Assembly: GCF_026210795.1 (NCBI RefSeq)
Contig: NC_089433.1
Location: forward strand, 3,348,001 to 3,412,000
Reading direction: 5' to 3'
Origin: Rhizophagus irregularis
Lineage: Eukaryota
DNA: 64,000 nucleotides
A program made the translations under genes and the position numbers. The notes beneath the pieces were generated by a model. That model saw only the letters and a list, made by a program, of their open reading frames with translations. It was not told the origin of the DNA and ran no database searches. Positions 58,701 to 64,000 of the stretch are shown piece by piece (position 1 is the stretch's first letter; each line of letters opens with the position of its first letter).

Positions 58701-58873
58701 TGTAATATTCTCCAAAATTTCTTAAAAACTTCTGGCGTATCTTTTACTGGATAACATATTTCACATGTTATATTTTCTCCTCTTAATTCACCTATATCTA
58801 CATTTCCAATATTTTCATCATGTCTTAATTTGTGATTTTCGTAATCAACCCTCCAAGTTTCATACCATTCCAT
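55721..58873 (-). CDS. gag: Gag (1050 aa): long N-terminal extension, capsid, (QRNQPM)n repeat, CCHC knuckle
   Basis: IPAFYG..EDPEEW, IRQGDENVTQYLTRF, FIRGL, CYTCGRVGHYSREC. Confidence 0.93.
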   Translation of the reverse strand: MEWYETWRVDYENHKLRHDENIGNVDIGELRGENITCEICYPVKDTPEVFKKFWRILQKFEYTIKGYNAETIRALLNLLSIDSEERNNYTKGRTRDALDVMVESIRYLKQPVLREKGLKIIIIVIVRDCIENDKEDETMDRLIGNEELIRYGYILEDWDVNIRFGEFYEWYKEAITNFIECKDSTIRRYKNILYEEAELKEDESTEKIEAFKQKIRLMLHTMHIRVREHGWGIRKEIVEKVYDKIRGFEQLNIDETDSDDTPRSYTITETDDEKEGNLPISKNEEMSDEESDESIESNNVEETGTTKIFEEIIRMDLKRMGYDVEITEIKRIRKFGVTAKIITTYEFMKKYLTIWNLEDEELDEQILQWRVENTKECGRCEIERLKKEFEIGKETCIECEKDIEKENPTDDEDEMEEDIKGPEIGSSKKPKSKEKNKKSKEVPIIPITPVPPIKPKITMAASRDELRADLRALMNTMYNHDIGADWNNLVLPPVTLTGLQGEVQANTNAIGNLNANRGAIVEIPAFYGTSGEDPEEWADKFEETFTANGLGNDDAQRFRIAKAKLMGGAADWLKTEGVNIVDWNVNGDHNLRLRVRIIGKYASDEIKDRWLEQLEKIRQGDENVTQYLTRFKYMLKRAGGDAAVAANQQKRIFIRGLKPDFTKDVVMGNPADLNATFQIAKNVERGLEALTDKVQPKGINDEQRRQEPIVQGNVRNNKEVSVDELADSFAKLQIKMLEDENERLRNLASQSYRRLPQRNQPMQRNQPMQRNQPMQRNQPIQRNQSFQKRVPTCYTCGRVGHYSRECPEKRRNVGVNMMDEYDDQEEYDYDGYEYGEPQYGEMYYTQGYYDDYEDRELNYHNELYAKDNAVKTRRQTRRSNPIMGYKNNGEEGNLQEELREAGNRMDDREIPSGTTTPRYTPERTEQNNVHKDSQNWDNPIGPEDYNYGRRPMTKDGRFYKPMFTKEGKAFYPGMRQDEFGNWVRTKPSGIGKPREYGPRLTDGIPPYDIVGDVKNCRANITFGQLTNENTKYHKQLREGTYKPRSVNERN

Positions 58874-60442
58874 CGTCGTAATCGTTCATCCAGAATCTTA
58901 ACTAAAATCTCACATCCTTTTATATATTTATACTTCACTCTTATCATTTCTATTTTCAATCTTCTAAACATTCTTTTATCTTTAAATAGATTGCTTCTTT
59001 CAATCTTTAGATTCCATCTTTCAGTTTTATGTATTCGCTACGCCATATTTTACTATTAATTCTTACTGCGCCTCAAAATTTCAAAAATTATTCTAAGTCC
59101 ACGATCTCCTCAGGCTGCGGAGGTTTTTACTGCGCCATAAAATTTATCTTTTATCACCGATATCCATAATTTCACATGTCACATTCTAAAATTTATCTCC
59201 TATCACCGTGATTCATAATTTCACTTATCACATCTTTTTTGTCACCAAGATCCATAATTTCACATATCACAAACTCCAAAATTTTCATAACTTTTAAAGT
59301 TCGCGAATTTCCAATCTTTCTTATCGTCCACATAAATCCTTCTTACTATATATTCTATATTATATAAATTAATCTATGATACACAAAATGTCATTCTTTT
59401 CAAATAAATGTCCTCCTTTTCAAATAAATGTTCTTTTTCAAATAAATATTCCTTTTCAAATAAATGTTCTTCTTTTAAATAAATGTCCTTCTTTTCGGAT
59501 TTTACTCTATTATTAAATACTGCACGTAATATTCATTATACGGCTCGTTAATGTGTAAATATCCTTCTATTTTATCTTCTTTTAACGGAACATTATAATG
59601 AGAGCGTGAACTAGGACACTACACCAGGAACCTTCATCTGAAATGTAGCCTAGAACCTGTAACAATACAACGTATCCATTTTTCCTCCTTCGTTGGCCGA
59701 CTTGTCTCTTAACGGGTGAATCTAACCTTCCAAAATCCAGTTTCAAAAGTCATCAGCTATCCATAAAACTCATCTAAACCAACTTATCTTTCCTCAAATT
59801 GGTGGACCTATACTGGGCTTATCTCTATCTTTTTCCCATTGGGTAAAAGCATGATAGTTTACAGGTTTGTCCCATTTTATCCATTCAATGTTTCTCGATA
59901 GTAGGTGTCTTTACAATTTTCATTCCCCGTCCCCAAAGCAATTCGCGCGTTATTGAGCTGGGTATTCAGATTTGACGTAACCCATACGTTATAATCTTTA
60001 ATGTCGAAGAATAAAAATTTTCCAATCTCGAGCATTTATCCAAAATTCAAACTCAGAGGTAACCCATACCACACAGATGAACCCCAGATAATACATTGGT
60101 GTTCTCCCATTATTAATCTTTATTCCAAAATTCATCTTTCACTTCCACATCTCCTTATGAAATTTTCCAGGTACTTTATTCCCGAAAGAAATATTCTTGT
60201 GCTTTCTATCGATTAAATGATTACTTGCACAACTTCAAACTCCAATCTTTCACCTTTTCAAGTTTTTTAACTCAATTAAATCCTTATTGATTTATTGGTT
60301 CCTTTTGAACTCGTTAAAACCTGAAATCTAAAAATAAATTCTAAAATAAAATATTGATTAATAATACCTATCAGTGACTTACTAACGAAATTAAATTTTC
60401 ATATTCATTATAATAATAATCATGTGATGATGATCATTTCCT

Positions 60443-60460
60443 TTCTCGGAGCATGCACCA
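60443..60460 (-). promoter_or_regulatory. Primer-binding site, tRNA-Gly-like
   Basis: Minus strand tggtgcatgctccgagaa, 2 nt after the 5' LTR. Confidence 0.88.
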
Positions 60461-60462
60461 TA

Positions 60463-61564
60463 TGAGATCCCCCTATTCCCTCTGTCATCAATTTACAGAG
60501 TTGCCACATCGAACGGGCATTCCCATGGTTGAACGAACGAATAAACGAATGAACGAACAATTAAACGAACAAGCAAATAATCAATGACATAATTAACAAA
60601 CAACATAATCAACGAACAACATACAACAACATTCTTGGTTCATGACATAAATAGCGTTAGTAATATAAAACGTCGAACGATATAAAATAAAATTTAACTT
60701 CTCTAAATTTTCCCCAAATTATATCCACTTTTACCTTTAATTTCAAACTTCGATAGCTCTCGCTACGAATTATTACTTTCCAAAAGTGTATATTTAATTC
60801 ATCTTAAAATTTCCATTTATTCAATTAAAATTAATTAAGCAAACATTAATTAAAGTTTAGGGCGAACCTATTACCTTTAATTAACATTAAACTTTACTAA
60901 CAAATAATTAAAAAAATAAAACTTATATTTTTATTGAGTTCTGTGGATGAGAACTAAGGAATTACCTTGAATTCCGCTCTCTATATATACAATTTTTATG
61001 CTACTTTCTATTCTATCTATATACTATCTTTTATGTTCTCTTTACATATTATCTTTGAACTATCTTTCTAATATACTATCTATATTTTAAATACGCTATC
61101 TTTTAATATGCTATCTTTTAATATGCTATCTTTTTATATATGTTCTTTTTAATATATTATCTTTTACGTTCCATCTTTATACTATCTTTTTATATTATCT
61201 TTTACATTATTTTGTGTTCTTTAATCTTTCTGACATTATTTTATATGTTCTTTTAATTCGCTTTATGTGTTTTGCTTATAATCTATCTTTTGTGGCTTAT
61301 AATTATTCTTTCTTATCGTTCTTATTGTTAAAGATTGCTAAGCCGCAATTGATCGACTCTATTTATCCTATTGGTTCCTTGTCAATCATTCAATAAATAT
61401 TACATCATGTAGATCATTACTCTTCCTAAATGTTTATCCTTTTCGGCTAATTATTTATCCATCTACGCCAATCCACGATTAATTTGTTCGTTCTTAATAT
61501 TTAATAATTACATTTGGTGGTTGAATTTTATCATCTTTTCATGCTTGATATTTGACCGTTTACA
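60463..61564 (-). repeat. 5' LTR of element 2
   Basis: 1102 bp, TG..CA, adjacent to the PBS. Confidence 0.97.
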
Positions 61565-61721
61565 ATGCCATATAAATAATCTAAAAAATAATTTTACAAA
61601 TTGGACCAGTGGAAATGAAAAAATTGATAATTTAATTCAGGAAATGCAATTAAAAATATTTTATCCCTCTGATATAATTGAATGGATGCCATATGATCGA
61701 AGGGGACAAAATTATCATATA

Positions 61722-62669
61722 CAGTGCCCACCAATAAGTCACCGGTCACCTTTAAATTCGTACAACTATTGCGCAAATATGATCATATGTAAACTTTTTT
61801 TTTTAATAATAAAACTACTTTTTATCGTATAATTAAAGTTAATCATCAAGTTGAATTACATTTACTCTAAAAATTATATGTAATTTTAATAAGAATTGGC
61901 CATTATATTCTAAATTTTATTAGAAAATTTAAGATTTCAATAGAGGTTTTTAGGTATTAATAAAAAATTAAAAAATTTGTTCATCGATACTTTAATTTTT
62001 TAATAAAATTGTTTGCTATAATTTATGGCATATTATTGTTAAAGTATCATCAAAATTAATGAAATGATTAGAAAATTGTGCACATTTAGCTGGCATTTGC
62101 TGATCATTTGTAGATCATCACCAAATTATTTACCAAATTTTAGCGTTAACTAATGCATTGAATTTGGCCAAATTTTTTTTCCAAAAATATTTGAAGTTAC
62201 AGCTATTTATCTTAAATTTTTTTATCATAATAAAATTCAAGATTATAATTTACTCTTTAACTTGATAATTTATTAATAATAGATAGGTGTAAAATATGTT
62301 TGTAAAATATATGTAACTTATCAATTATTTTATTGATTTTAATAATACTTTATAATAATGTACTAAAAATCATGGTAGACGATTTTATTCAAAAAAAAAA
62401 CTATGATAAAACAAATTATTTTAATGCTATGATAATACCTAAAGATTTCTGTTGAAATCTTAAATTTTCTGATAAAATTTAAAATATAATGGCCAATTCT
62501 TATTAAAATTACACATAATTTTTAGAGTAAATGTAATTCAACTTGATGACCAACTTTACTTATATGATAAAAGGCAGGTTCATTATTTAAAAAAAAGTTT
62601 ACATATAACCATATTTGCGCAATAGTTATACAAATTTAAAGGTGACCGGTGACTTATTGGAGGGCACTG
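61722..62669. mobile_element. Non-autonomous Tc1/mariner-type MITE with long TIRs (948 bp)
   Basis: cagtgccc(a/t)ccaataagtcaccggtcacctttaaatt at both ends, inverted similarity over >200 bp, TA TSD. Confidence 0.92.
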
Positions 62670-63304
62670 TACTTTATTGATAAATGTAAAATTTGACAAC
62701 GATTCCTCCAGATCAAAATATATACGACCTTCATTTTTTTTATATGACATTCTTACTCTATCTTGCTCAAAAGTATACGAATCAATTTTTTTATCCGTTT
62801 TTGTCCAAACAAGAGAAAGTGCTGTTGAAATTAAGCTTTCATCGTCGTCAGGTAAATAAACTTTTTTCCCGTGAATTTTTGAATTGAGAACTGAACAGGG
62901 TGTTTTTGACATTTCTAATATATTTATTCAATATTTTAAAAGCCGATACTTTATTTTTTATTTTTAAAATGAAGAGGGAAGAAAGCAATTGGGGTACTAA
63001 AAACTGTAAAAACTGATATTTATTTAATTGATCAAATAATAACATTTGATAACACGATTGTTTTGATACGTAATTGTATATTGTGATACGTTTGATAGAA
63101 TGAGTTTTGATACAATAATATATATAATTGTTAAAATAATGTATTGATTATGGCTGAATAATCTGATATATTATTATTATTTTAATTGGATTTTGGAAAT
63201 AATATTCCCGTATTCTGGCGAGAAAATTTTTTTTTCACTTCGGTGGGAATATTTTACAAAAAAAAATGATCATGTGAAGATGATCTACAGTCAATCATAA
63301 TTTT

Positions 63305-63483
63305 TGAGATTATTTGCGGATTTGCGGATTATTTGCGGATTATTTGCGAGTTTGCGGCTTATTTGCGGATTTGCAGATTATTTGCGATTGCAGATTTGCG
63401 AATAATTATTCTTCAAAATCTGCAATGTTCCGCAATATCGCAAATTGCAATTAATCCGCAATTAGGGTATTGCGGACACATCT
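63305..63483. repeat. (atttgcgga)n array, probably the subterminal end of a DNA transposon
   Basis: Repeated tttgcg/ccgcaa motifs; the matching other end was not found. Confidence 0.5.
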
Positions 63484-63489
63484 TTATAT

Positions 63490-64000
63490 GCAACTATTTT
63501 CTGAAACTGTGAAGCAGAATCTGTCTCATAAAGCTAAATATAATGAGGTTTTGGGTATGCAAAAAAAGCAATTGGAATGTCTCTTGAATTGGGTTGTGAA
63601 AACGAAATAAATGAGATTTTGCAAAGCTGGATAAGAAAAAAAGAAAGAGAAATTCGTGATAAGCAGCAGGGATGTACAATTGGGTTTAAAGAGAATCTTC
63701 CAAATATTAGCAGCCCTCATCAGGCGCGTACAAAAGGTGCTCCAAAGAAGCGTGTAAAGAACGCATTGGAAAACACTACTATTAAATACAATAATAATAA
63801 GAATAGACAAGATATGATGAAGTAAGTAAAAACTTATCTAATAAGTATTAATTTATTGAACTTAAGTAATCAATTAATTATTATGTAGATTGAATGTTAA
63901 AGCGCCAAACAAGCAATCTAGAAGCGAATTACAACCTGAAATTCCTATTCGTCAAACTAAATACATATGTAGTTATTGTAAAGGTAACGGACATAATGCC
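63490..64000 (+). pseudogene. C-terminal fragment of a MULE/FAR1-related transposase-like gene; runs off the window
   Basis: NISSPHQARTKGAPKKR motif followed, after an intron, by a YICSYCKGNGHNA zinc knuckle; no N-terminal part present. Confidence 0.55.

Larger units (their letters stand above)
50637..61564 (-). mobile_element. Full-length Ty3/Gypsy-type LTR retrotransposon 2 (10928 bp), all four main ORFs open
   Basis: 1102-bp TG..CA LTRs; 4-bp TSD atgc (50633-50636, 61565-61568); PBS, PPT, gag, PR, RT-RH-kinase and IN. Confidence 0.97.
50583..61700 (+). pseudogene. First exon of a third TKL-kinase paralog, split by LTR element 2 and truncated
   Basis: MICERCGKYLHFEWCKSC (50583-50636) joins HINNLKNNFTNWTSGNEKID..EWMPYD (from 61569) when the element and one TSD are removed; closely matches the start of the gene at 12007. 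Confidence 0.9.

Noticed and set aside
52633..59059. Many + strand ORFs of 60-227 aa over element 2, and - strand ORFs over element 1 and + strand ORFs over retroposon B
   Set aside because: Low-complexity F/L/S/I-rich antisense shadows of A-rich coding strands, with no motifs.
62672..63050. Minus-strand gene fragment interrupted by the Tc1 MITE
   Set aside because: It may be a real degraded gene, but there is no recognisable motif and it is too fragmentary to call.

Overview
AT-rich, intron-containing fungal DNA. The expanded Zn-finger/TKL kinase family and repeat types resemble a Glomeromycotina (Rhizophagus-like) arbuscular mycorrhizal fungus; this assignment is inference. Host genes are one SERINC/TMS1 gene, one apparently intact multi-repeat TKL kinase, and two broken kinase paralogs. 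Most of the window is nested mobile DNA: hAT, Tc1/mariner and foldback MITEs, a CACTA/CMC transposon, a non-autonomous CMC element carrying a micro-exon array, two RT-less TSD-flanked retroposons, a pogo-type transposon and two full-length Ty3/Gypsy-type LTR retrotransposons (34249-49714 +, 50637-61564 -). The two LTR elements are the main result. Both encode a thymidylate/deoxynucleoside-kinase-like P-loop enzyme between RNase H and a separately encoded integrase. Both join gag to protease through an identical in-frame TGA-CTA-CAC-TCG-G readthrough context and share an 18-nt tRNA-Gly-like PBS. The + element also carries extra sense ORFs and a three-exon antisense bZIP-like gene near its 3' LTR, a complex-retrovirus-like organisation. 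All calls were made by eye without database searches.
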